From: Clostridiales bacterium
Lineage (GTDB): Bacteria; Bacillota; Clostridia; Caldicoprobacterales; DTU083
Direction: 5' to 3'
Assembly: GCA_012838915.1 (NCBI GenBank)
Contig: DUOI01000074.1
Span: 60,099-92,098 of the forward strand
Length of the DNA: 32,000 bases
Within the stretch, counting starts at the first letter, position 1; each line of letters starts with the position of its first letter. Under the pieces are notes generated by a model that had not been told where the DNA came from, searched no databases, and was given only the letters and a program-made list of their open reading frames with translations. The translations under genes were made by a program, and so were the position numbers. Of this stretch, positions 17,274-25,868 are shown one piece after another.

Positions 17274-18044
17274 TTATAAGAATAAATTCAGATACCACAA
17301 TATCAGCTCATCACCGAATAAAACGGAAACTATTGTCCCGGCAGCAATGAATGGACCATAGGGTATGGCATCGCCTCGTTTCTTTATTCCACATAATAAA
17401 AGCAATCCGCCAACCAGACCGCCGGCATATACTGACACCAGAATAGTTAAGATGGTTAACTTCCAGCCTATCATCAGACCGATCATAGCCATGAGCTTTA
17501 TATCACCGCCACCCATTCCTTCTTTCTTTAAAATCAATTGAGAAAGAAATGCTACTAAAAGAAAGGTGCCGCCACCTGCTAATATACCTATTAGTGCATC
17601 CTTCCAATTCACTGACAGCCCGGCCAGGGTTAATGCTATACCCGCAACTGTACCTGTAATTACCAGCCCGTTTGGTATGATCTGATGTTCTATATCTATG
17701 ACAGTTGCAATGATTAGTATGGAGCATAATATACTATAGGTTAGGAATGTTCCGCTTATACCAAATTCTATGTATAAGAGAAGGAAAATCAGACCGGTTG
17801 TCAATTCAATTAATGGATACCGATAAGAAATCCGTTGCTTACAATAACGACATTTTCCCCCCAGGAAAATCCAGCTGAATACAGGTATCAGATCCCGCCA
17901 CGTCAGCCGTTTACAACAAGAGGTACAATAAGAAGGCGGAAATATAATGGATTGTTCCCTGGGGATTCGATAGATACAGACATTGAAAAAACTGCCCAGC
18001 AACAAGCCGATCAAAAAAACAATTACACCAAGAAAATAACCCAT
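17274..18044 (-). CDS. pilD: Prepilin peptidase / N-methyltransferase (A24 family)
   Basis: Has the zinc motif CTSC...CRYC, the first catalytic Asp in VIDIEHQIIPN and the second in GGGDIKLMAMIG. The ATG at 18044 lies 6 nt after AAAGGTG; the track starts at the GTG at 18053. Confidence 0.92.
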   Translation of the reverse strand: MGYFLGVIVFLIGLLLGSFFNVCIYRIPREQSIIFPPSYCTSCCKRLTWRDLIPVFSWIFLGGKCRYCKQRISYRYPLIELTTGLIFLLLYIEFGISGTFLTYSILCSILIIATVIDIEHQIIPNGLVITGTVAGIALTLAGLSVNWKDALIGILAGGGTFLLVAFLSQLILKKEGMGGGDIKLMAMIGLMIGWKLTILTILVSVYAGGLVGGLLLLCGIKKRGDAIPYGPFIAAGTIVSVLFGDELILWYLNLFL

Positions 18045-18055
18045 AAGACACACCT

Positions 18056-18898
18056 TTACAATTCGGGCTGATCTGCTGATACAGAATCGATTTCTGTATC
18101 TGTTGGTTCTGATGTCTCTGATGTAGTTTCTTCTTCATTAGAATCCTCCGGTGCTGCCTCTTCCTGTGTTGTTTGTTCCCCTGTCCTCGTTGCAGAGGTA
18201 AGCCTGAAAGGATTATCAGTACCCATAGGAGTGTTATAAGACCAGTTCAGAAACTCATCGTCTCCGGAATCATCGGCCAACTTCTTTAGTGAGTAGAATT
18301 CCATACTAATCGTTCCGCTGATCTTTCCGTCCATATCCCGTGTCATTTGAAGGCTGCTAAAAATAATATGACGATTCAAATTCTCCAACCGGCTGATAAA
18401 ATCCATAATCTTCGGATATGTTCCTTTAAATGGAATATCAATGGACATATATTGAATCTCTGGCAAAAAGGGAATTTCATCAGGATTTGGGTCTGTTGCT
18501 TCGGATTGTGTTTCTTCCTGGGTGATAATTGAATCCTCTTCTGACTGGATTTCCACTTCCATTAATTGGGCAAAATCAAGGGAATCAGCTTTGGTGCCGG
18601 ATGCTCGTAATTGTTCATCCATAATGATTAGCAGTTTTCTTTGCTGTAACTCTGGAAAAAAGTCTTCCGATAATGATTTAATTTCGCCTTTTAAAATGTT
18701 AAGTTCATCTTCCAGTTGAGGAAGAGACTGAATCTCTGACTTAACTGACTCTACTTGCCTGACCTTCTCATCCAACTCCGATCTAACATTCGTCAACTTA
18801 TCCAATTGCGGCGCTATAATGAAATAATAAGAAATGACTATTAAAGCTATAAAACCAACTAGTTTTAATAGGAAGGATTCCCTCTTTGTAAGTTTCAT
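18056..18898 (-). CDS. pilO: PilO-like type IV pilus assembly protein (first set) with acidic insertions
   Basis: 280 aa with a TM helix (LVGFIALIVISYYFII), a coiled coil, and the PilO core IDIPFKGTYPKIMDFISRLENL. It carries an acidic internal insert and a 45-aa E/T/S-rich tail. Confidence 0.7.
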   Translation of the reverse strand: MKLTKRESFLLKLVGFIALIVISYYFIIAPQLDKLTNVRSELDEKVRQVESVKSEIQSLPQLEDELNILKGEIKSLSEDFFPELQQRKLLIIMDEQLRASGTKADSLDFAQLMEVEIQSEEDSIITQEETQSEATDPNPDEIPFLPEIQYMSIDIPFKGTYPKIMDFISRLENLNRHIIFSSLQMTRDMDGKISGTISMEFYSLKKLADDSGDDEFLNWSYNTPMGTDNPFRLTSATRTGEQTTQEEAAPEDSNEEETTSETSEPTDTEIDSVSADQPEL

Positions 18899-19515
18899 TC
18901 TTCCATCACATCCTTTAGTTGACAGTCCATTATAAAGGAGTAAACATTCGTTGCTTCTAAACTATTTTCTTCAGGATTAGCATCAGCACTTAAAGAAATG
19001 GTGGTAATATTTGATACATGAACATCCTTGAATAAATCTAACGCTTGCATGTTGCTGAGGTATTCTGCGATAATCTTTCTGCTTGGAGCAGTTCCCTGTA
19101 TTTGCAAATGATCTGAAGTCATGGACAGATTATCAAAATATAATCCCTGTGGAATAGCAGAGGTAATTTGTTTAATATATTCAGTGCCAATTGTATCCTT
19201 CTGCTGAATATTCTTATAAAAGGAATTTAAAGAATCTGAATATTGTTTTAGGTTTTCGATTTCTTGTTTTCTTTCTTCTGCCATTTTCCATTGTATACTT
19301 ACTTCCTCCATTGAGAGATAGCTTTCAATGGAATTAATCTGATCCCGAGATGTTTGTATGGCGAATTCCAGTAGCAAATATACACCTGCAATTAACACTA
19401 AATACAATATAATCATCAATACAAGTATAATCCCCTTTTTCCTTGCAGACCGCTTTGAATCCATTGATGAAGAAAAAAAGTTATAGTCCATCTTGTGCAT
19501 TTCTATATTACTCAT
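18895..19515 (-). CDS. pilN: PilN-like type IV pilus assembly protein (first set)
   Basis: 206 aa. It has an N-terminal DYNFF variant of the INLLP peptide, a basic stretch and a single TM helix (IILVLMIILYLVLIAGVYLL). It overlaps both neighbouring genes. Confidence 0.65.
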   Translation of the reverse strand: MSNIEMHKMDYNFFSSSMDSKRSARKKGIILVLMIILYLVLIAGVYLLLEFAIQTSRDQINSIESYLSMEEVSIQWKMAEERKQEIENLKQYSDSLNSFYKNIQQKDTIGTEYIKQITSAIPQGLYFDNLSMTSDHLQIQGTAPSRKIIAEYLSNMQALDLFKDVHVSNITTISLSADANPEENSLEATNVYSFIMDCQLKDVMEE

Positions 19516-20566
19516 ATCGAATCAGGCCCCCTAATGCATTAATATAGTTCCTGGGGTTAAAATTGTATGCTCTCCTGGTTGGTTTTACGATGTTTAGGTT
19601 GTCTATATTCTTTGTTGGAATATTTAGAATGTGTTGAAAATAACTATTCAATCCATGCAACCTTGAGGAGCCCCCATACAGATAAATAGATTCAATTTTA
19701 TTTCCGGTTGTCCTGCTAATATAGTACTGAAATATCTTTTGTATTTCTGACAGCCAGATATCTATTTGGGAGCGGAGCACGTCATGGAAGGTATCCGATA
19801 TAAGATCACTAAACCCGTCCGGATTCAGGTCTGCATCCCGAATCTTTTTACTTTCCGCCTGCTTCATGGATAAATTGCATGCTATTGATATTTCATTGTC
19901 CAATTCCCTTGCTCCTAAGTTGATGATTCTACTGAAAGCAAGTTTTCCCTTCGAAAATATATGTATATTTATGCTACGATATCCCAAATCAATGAATGCA
20001 GATGTTTTTTCCTTATCCAATTCTATACCGTTTATAGCTGTAGTATGAGCAAGCAATTTGGCTACTGCGTTAGGATGAATATCCAGAGCAATCGGTTTTA
20101 AACCTATTTCTCTTATTAAATTCAAGTAATTTTCAACCATATTCTTAGGCATGGCGGCAACTTTAATCTTATATTTTTTCGCACCATCTTCTTCAATCTC
20201 ATCTGCTACGTAATATTCGATAACATACTCAGTAGTAACAATGGGCAAATGCTGTTCAATCTCATATCTTACCATATTGTCCAGCATCTGGCGCTCCGAT
20301 GCCGGTAATATTATGTCCCTGGAGATAATTGATGTACTCTGGATAGTCAAAACTACATTTTTTTCTTTGATTTTGTTGACGGAGATCAGTCTGCGGATGG
20401 AATCTTTCATTCGTTCAAAATCCTCAATTCTTCCATCCTTAAATACCCCTTCCTGTATGGGGAGGTGAGCTGCATTATTGACTATAATGCTGTCTTTGTT
20501 GTATTTACCGTGTACCATATGCAGATTTTGACTGCCTAAATCAAGGCATATTAGATTTTGACTCAA
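19508..20566 (-). CDS. pilM: Type IV pilus assembly ATPase-fold protein PilM (first set)
   Basis: Actin-fold motifs ICLDLGSQNLHMV, AFIDLGYRSINIHIF and IYLYGGSSRLHGL. The TTG at 20566 lies 6 nt after GAGGTG; the track starts at the GTG at 20575. Confidence 0.85.
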   Translation of the reverse strand: MSQNLICLDLGSQNLHMVHGKYNKDSIIVNNAAHLPIQEGVFKDGRIEDFERMKDSIRRLISVNKIKEKNVVLTIQSTSIISRDIILPASERQMLDNMVRYEIEQHLPIVTTEYVIEYYVADEIEEDGAKKYKIKVAAMPKNMVENYLNLIREIGLKPIALDIHPNAVAKLLAHTTAINGIELDKEKTSAFIDLGYRSINIHIFSKGKLAFSRIINLGARELDNEISIACNLSMKQAESKKIRDADLNPDGFSDLISDTFHDVLRSQIDIWLSEIQKIFQYYISRTTGNKIESIYLYGGSSRLHGLNSYFQHILNIPTKNIDNLNIVKPTRRAYNFNPRNYINALGGLIRYE

Positions 20567-20585
20567 CGAAATCACCTCTTATTTT

Positions 20586-21791
20586 CTATATCGTTTGCAT
20601 CATGTCAATCATAGGAAGGTACATGGAAACGACAAGGAAACCAATAACAACAGCCATCACTATGAGCATGAGAGGTTCCAGCATGGTAGTCATTTTTTGT
20701 ATAGCTACATTTACCTCGTCATCATAAAAATCCGCCGTTTTGCTCAGTACATCATCCAGGGAACCGGATTCCTCGCCAATTCGTATCATAGAGTCAACCA
20801 TAGGAGGAAAGAGTTTCAATCTGTGTATAAGCCCTGCCAGGTCATAGCCTTTACGCAAATCTTCCTTTACACTCATAAGTCCATCAGCCAATACCCGGTT
20901 TCCTACGATTTTTGAAACGATATCAATTGCAGGCAACAATGGAATGCCACTGGCCAAAAGAGTAGACATTGTTCGAGTAAACCTGGAGGTGGCCACTTTT
21001 ACAACTAAGTTTTTCACTATAGGCACTCTTAGTTTTATCTCATCAAATTTCTTCCTGCCCTCCTCTGTTTTAATATATCTGCGAATTAAATAAACGAATG
21101 CAATTATGATTAAAATAATCAAATACCAGTATTTCCTTATTCCGTTGCTGACAGCTAATAAAAAAAGAGTCGGACCGGGTAAATCTACTCCGGCGCCTTC
21201 AAACATGGTTAAAAAAGTAGGCAGGATGGCTACTAACATGAAAACAACTACTACAACAGATATTATTGCCAATACAGCCGGATAGATCATTGCCCCCCTG
21301 ACTTTGTTCTGAATCTTGGTTTCCTTTTCATAATGAAAAGCCATTCTGTTCATGATTGTATCCAGATTACCACTTGCTTCGCCTGCCTCTATCATATTTA
21401 TTAACAATTCAGGAAAAACACTTCGATGCTCTTTCATCGCTTCGGAAAGAGTTGACCCCTTCTGGACTGATTCATACACCTTTTCAATTACTTCTTTAAA
21501 CCTCTTATTCTCAGTTTGCTGCCTTAAGATATCTAAACATTGAATTATTGTAACACCTGCGTTCAGCATGGCATGGAATTGCCGGGCGAAAACAGCAATA
21601 TCCTTGGTTTTAACCTTATTAAGGATGCTCAATGAGCTAAGATCGGTACCTTCAGCCACTTCCTTAATCAGGACAGGGTGATAGTTTTTATTCCTAAGCA
21701 TCTGCATTATTTCGCTGCGATTCTTTGCCTGGGACCGTCCGTTTATGCTCTCACCGTTTTGATTCACTGCTTTATACTCAAACAACGGCAT
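20586..21791 (-). CDS. pilC: Type IV pilus platform protein PilC (GspF family)
   Basis: 401 aa. The N-terminus is MPLFEYKAVNQNGESINGR. There are two GspF repeats (FARQFHAMLNAGVTI, FTRTMSTLLASGIPL) and three TM helices. Confidence 0.92.
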   Translation of the reverse strand: MPLFEYKAVNQNGESINGRSQAKNRSEIMQMLRNKNYHPVLIKEVAEGTDLSSLSILNKVKTKDIAVFARQFHAMLNAGVTIIQCLDILRQQTENKRFKEVIEKVYESVQKGSTLSEAMKEHRSVFPELLINMIEAGEASGNLDTIMNRMAFHYEKETKIQNKVRGAMIYPAVLAIISVVVVVFMLVAILPTFLTMFEGAGVDLPGPTLFLLAVSNGIRKYWYLIILIIIAFVYLIRRYIKTEEGRKKFDEIKLRVPIVKNLVVKVATSRFTRTMSTLLASGIPLLPAIDIVSKIVGNRVLADGLMSVKEDLRKGYDLAGLIHRLKLFPPMVDSMIRIGEESGSLDDVLSKTADFYDDEVNVAIQKMTTMLEPLMLIVMAVVIGFLVVSMYLPMIDMMQTI

Positions 21792-21837
21792 GTTTCTTCT
21801 CCTTTCTCCAACATCCTTACCCTGGTTTGATTCACTT

Positions 21838-22890
21838 TTAAGCCATTCTCATGTGTTGTTGTAACATTTCTGTATCTATGGCACGTTCCATGGCTGCTTC
21901 TGATGTGATCAAATTCTGTCTCACCAATTCAGCGAGGGAGTAATCCATGGTACGCATACCATGCCTAATTCCAGTTTGAATGGATGTCTGAATTTGATGT
22001 GTACGGCCTTCTCTTATTAAATTTCTAATAGCATTGTTGGCTATTAAGATTTCCAAAGCAGCTATCCTTCCCTTATTGCTCTTTAAAGGGAGCAGTTGTT
22101 GAGCAATAATTCCCTCCAAAACAGCGGCTAATTGTGTTTTTATTTGCGGCTGCTGATACGCAGGAAAGGAGTCAATAATCCTGTCTACAGTCTGATCCGC
22201 ACTCATGGTGTGAAGAGTAGACATAACCAAATGGCCGGTTTCTGCCGCAGTTATAGCTGTAGCCATGGTTTCCGTATCTCTCATCTCCCCTACCAGAATA
22301 ACATCAGGATCCTCCCTGAGAGCAGCTCGGAGTGCTTTGGAAAAAGAATGGCTGTCGCTTCCGATTTCTCTTTGATTCACAATGCTTTTTTTATGCTTGT
22401 GCAGATATTCAATTGGATCTTCGAGGGTAATAATATGACAGCTTCTATTTTGATTTATGTAATTTACCATAGCTGCAAGCGTAGTAGATTTACCACTGCC
22501 GGTAGGTCCGGTAACCAGAATAAGGCCTCTTGGCTTCAGGGCAAGATCCTTAATACAACTGGGAAAACCCAGTTCATCCAGACTCGGGGGATTAATACTG
22601 ACCACTCGAATAGCCAGGGCGTAGCTTCCACGCTGCTTGTAGGCATTAATCCGAAAACGGGCTGCGCCCGGCACATTGAATGACAGATCCCATTCTCCGT
22701 GCTTTTCCAATTGTTCACGATGACTTTCGTTTAATACTTGATTTAAATAAATCTCGGTATCATCTGATGTCAAACGATTTTCGCCATAGTATCTTAGTAT
22801 ACCGTTGATTCGAAAAACCGGCGGTACTCCGACAGTAATATGAATGTCTGAAGCCTTTTCACGCACTGCTTCTACCAGTAGTTGCTCCAT
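21838..22890 (-). CDS. pilT: Type IV pilus retraction ATPase PilT
   Basis: Walker A GPTGSGKSTT, Walker B DVILVGEMRD, His box GHLVMSTLHT and the PilT-specific AIRNLIREG motif. The ATG at 22890 (MEQLLVEAVREKASDIHI) is preferred over the TTG at 22911. Confidence 0.92.
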   Translation of the reverse strand: MEQLLVEAVREKASDIHITVGVPPVFRINGILRYYGENRLTSDDTEIYLNQVLNESHREQLEKHGEWDLSFNVPGAARFRINAYKQRGSYALAIRVVSINPPSLDELGFPSCIKDLALKPRGLILVTGPTGSGKSTTLAAMVNYINQNRSCHIITLEDPIEYLHKHKKSIVNQREIGSDSHSFSKALRAALREDPDVILVGEMRDTETMATAITAAETGHLVMSTLHTMSADQTVDRIIDSFPAYQQPQIKTQLAAVLEGIIAQQLLPLKSNKGRIAALEILIANNAIRNLIREGRTHQIQTSIQTGIRHGMRTMDYSLAELVRQNLITSEAAMERAIDTEMLQQHMRMA

Positions 22891-22912
22891 ATCTATCAAG
22901 CATATCACCAAC

Positions 22913-24595
22913 CTAATCCAAACTATACGTAACTTTTAACATTTCATCCGATGTCGTTATCCCAGAGCGCACCAGCTGACTGCAACTGTCTCTCAGGTTA
23001 ATGGTGCCATATTTGGCCGCAGCATTTCTTAATTCATCAATGGAATCATGTCGATCAACCATTTCTCGAAGCTCACGTGTCATCAGCAAAATTTCATGTA
23101 TGGCAGTCCTGCCTTTGTAACCGGCATTATTGCATAGGCTGCACCCCTGCCCTTTGTACAATACATCGTTTTCGTTAAGCTGGAGAAGATCCATTTCCGA
23201 GTGAGACGGCTTGTATTCAATCTTACAATTGGTACAAATCTTCTTAACCAGCCGTTGGGCTACCACGCCGACAACCGACGAAGAAACCAAATATGGCTCA
23301 ATTCCCATATCAACCAGACGTGATACAGCGGAGGCGGAGTCATTAGTGTGCATAGTACTAAGTACAAGATGACCTGTAATTGCAGCACGAACGGCAATTT
23401 TAGCTGTTTCTGTATCACGGATCTCACCAATCATAATGATATCCGGATCCTGTCTGAGAATGGACCTAAGGCCACTGGCAAAAGTCAAACCCGCTTTAAT
23501 ATTGACCTGCACTTGATTTATCCCTTCCAGACGATACTCCACTGGATCCTCTACCGTGATTATATTACGACCGATTTTATTCAGCTCTTGCAGAACAGCA
23601 TATAAGGTGGTGGTTTTTCCGCTGCCGGTGGGGCCGGTTACAAGGATAATGCCATTAGGACTTTGAATTAATTTATCAAACATCCTGATATTTTCTGCAC
23701 TGAATCCTAGCTGGGTTTTTGTAAGAATGGTGCTGCTTCGATCAAGAAGGCGAAGAACGATTTTTTCCCCGTATACCGTGGGAAGCACAGATATACGAAG
23801 GTCAATATCTTTGTTGTCTATGTTCATATCAACTCTTCCATCTTGTGGAATTCTCTTTTCGGCTATATCCATCCTTCCAATAATCTTTATACGGGTGACA
23901 ATGGCGGAATGAGCTGTTTTAGAAGAAGTCATTATTTCCTGTAATTCCCCATCTATTCGGAATCTTATCCGGATATTTTTTTCAAAGGGTTCGATATGAA
24001 TATCACTGGCTCTGGCACGAACGGCATGCTGTATAATGGAATCTACCAACCTGACTACAGGAGCATTGGTAACTTCATTGAGTATTTCCTCTTCGATTTC
24101 GGTGATCTGTTCCAGTCCAATTTCCCTTGTGAAGTCTTCAACGGCTTTTTCAGCACTTTCCTTGCCATAATATTGATCTATGGCATTTTGTATATGATTT
24201 CGTAAAGCCAGCGTTGGTTTCACATTTAGCCCGGTAGCTATATTGACATCATCAATAGCATACAGATTTAAAGGATCAACCATAGCTACTGTCAATTGGT
24301 TGTCTTCTCTGGCAACCGGAATAAGCATATGCCTTCTGGCCAGACTTTCTCCGATTAACCTTGGAATCTCCGGATCGATTGACTGAGCAGTTAAGTCGAT
24401 ATAAGGGACTTTCAATTGGTATTCCAATGCTTCGATGAGCTGCCTTTCATTGATGATATCTTCCTCAATGAGCAGTTCCCCTAGTTTTTTTCCCTTGACC
24501 TTTTGCTTTTTCAGTACTTCATCCAGCTGCGACTGCGTGATTAATCCGGACTCCAAAAGAATTTCACCTAAACCCTTCTTGTTTCGGTTAATCAT
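22913..24595 (-). CDS. pilB: Type IV pilus assembly ATPase PilB (GspE family) with an MshEN-like N-terminal domain
   Basis: 560 aa. Walker A GPTGSGKTTT, Walker B DIIMIGEIRD, His box GHLVLSTMHTND and the tetracysteine motif CTNC...CSLC. It has a GGGAGG SD. Confidence 0.95.
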   Translation of the reverse strand: MINRNKKGLGEILLESGLITQSQLDEVLKKQKVKGKKLGELLIEEDIINERQLIEALEYQLKVPYIDLTAQSIDPEIPRLIGESLARRHMLIPVAREDNQLTVAMVDPLNLYAIDDVNIATGLNVKPTLALRNHIQNAIDQYYGKESAEKAVEDFTREIGLEQITEIEEEILNEVTNAPVVRLVDSIIQHAVRARASDIHIEPFEKNIRIRFRIDGELQEIMTSSKTAHSAIVTRIKIIGRMDIAEKRIPQDGRVDMNIDNKDIDLRISVLPTVYGEKIVLRLLDRSSTILTKTQLGFSAENIRMFDKLIQSPNGIILVTGPTGSGKTTTLYAVLQELNKIGRNIITVEDPVEYRLEGINQVQVNIKAGLTFASGLRSILRQDPDIIMIGEIRDTETAKIAVRAAITGHLVLSTMHTNDSASAVSRLVDMGIEPYLVSSSVVGVVAQRLVKKICTNCKIEYKPSHSEMDLLQLNENDVLYKGQGCSLCNNAGYKGRTAIHEILLMTRELREMVDRHDSIDELRNAAAKYGTINLRDSCSQLVRSGITTSDEMLKVTYSLD

Positions 24596-24636
24596 TCATA
24601 CCTCCCTAATTGCTTTACTGTTCCGATATTGAAATT

Positions 24637-25812
24637 TTAAATAACCGTTTCAAGAAAATCACGTATGTAAAGCTTGTTAATCCCTTTAAAATCCAACTTA
24701 TATATCTCTGAGTTTCTATTTTCCAGAATAGTGTCCTTTATGGGCACAACCTTTTCCAATTCCAGCGGCCAGGAACCTTGGTTTTTAAAACCTCCTGCTT
24801 CAAAAAAGGCACGATGTGCAATTTTAAAAGCTTGTTTTCTATATAAATAAGACTGATTCATATCGTTTTTAATATCAACTACTACATGTTCGGAAATATA
24901 CATAAACATAATTCCCTGCTCGGGATAGCATTCAACATTATCGATATGCTGGTAATAGTTTTTCCAGAAAAGGAACTTCTCTGTGTCACTGCCGAGATAT
25001 TTTTCCATCTTATTTAAATTATTCCATTGGAGGAACTTGTTCTGATGTTCTTGTGCAATATTCTGCCAAAAAGAGCTGTTGGGAGGTAAGTCGAAAAGCT
25101 CAATCAAAAGGTAATTGATTTCCTCTATATATTCCAAAACATCCATGATTTCAATGTAATGTATTATTTGTGGTATGGGCTTGTTTTCCGATGCACTAAT
25201 CCAATCCATGAACAGCTTTGCATTCTCCAGGTAACCATCTTTATCACATGAAAGAAAGAATATTTCTACTATTGCATTGAATAGTTCACTATCATTTAAG
25301 AAATTATATCGCTTCAGGAAATCGTTTAATGTACTTTGTTCTGATTTTAGAGCAAATAAAGCCTGATAAACAAGATCCTCGCCTGAGAAGGTCATTCTGC
25401 TGGCAAAGGAATTGTTGAAATCCTCTGGATATTTTTTTTTCATATAGTCAGTCAATAGTTTAAAGGACTCTATTAGGTAAGGATTCGTATAATGTTCCTG
25501 TAGTATTATCCAGTTATAATGAAAAAGCCGTTTTTTAAGACGTAAGGAAAGAATAAAAATAAGTTTTTCCTTCAAAGTTGTACCTAGGTTCTGAATCAAG
25601 GCATGAAATATTAGCTCCAATTGACTGTTTTGGAGCTTTGTGGCAAAATCCTTTAATTCATTTCCCTGCAATCTATTAACCTGCAGAAGCAATTTCTCTA
25701 CCTCATCACTCATGTCTATCCGAGCGATTTCCTCTATAAAGGGATGATATTTTCGAATCATCTTAAGTGAAGCTTGAAATTTCGAGGCAGGAGTAAATAA
25801 AGCATATTCCAT
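24637..25812 (-). CDS. Hypothetical soluble protein (391 aa) with no recognisable family
   Basis: A long ORF on the coding strand, packed between the coiled-coil gene (56 nt upstream) and pilB (41 nt downstream). The ATG at 25812 lies 9 nt after AAAGGA; the track starts at the TTG at 25830. It has no TM segment and no NTP-binding or metal motif. Confidence 0.6.
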   Translation of the reverse strand: MEYALFTPASKFQASLKMIRKYHPFIEEIARIDMSDEVEKLLLQVNRLQGNELKDFATKLQNSQLELIFHALIQNLGTTLKEKLIFILSLRLKKRLFHYNWIILQEHYTNPYLIESFKLLTDYMKKKYPEDFNNSFASRMTFSGEDLVYQALFALKSEQSTLNDFLKRYNFLNDSELFNAIVEIFFLSCDKDGYLENAKLFMDWISASENKPIPQIIHYIEIMDVLEYIEEINYLLIELFDLPPNSSFWQNIAQEHQNKFLQWNNLNKMEKYLGSDTEKFLFWKNYYQHIDNVECYPEQGIMFMYISEHVVVDIKNDMNQSYLYRKQAFKIAHRAFFEAGGFKNQGSWPLELEKVVPIKDTILENRNSEIYKLDFKGINKLYIRDFLETVI

Positions 25813-25868
25813 TACGTTTTGTCCTTTCAAGTATCCGTTACCCTTGCATTCCTTTCCAATGCAACAGC

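Noticed and set aside
5200-22718. Short minus-strand ORFs nested out of frame in larger genes (5200..5382, 6197..6379, 13158..13400, 16661..16873, 17503..17727, 17911..18138, 22536..22718)
   Set aside because: They overlap well-supported genes (spoIIIAD, spoIIIAA, pilM-like, minor pilin, pilD, pilO, pilT) in another frame. They have no independent signals.
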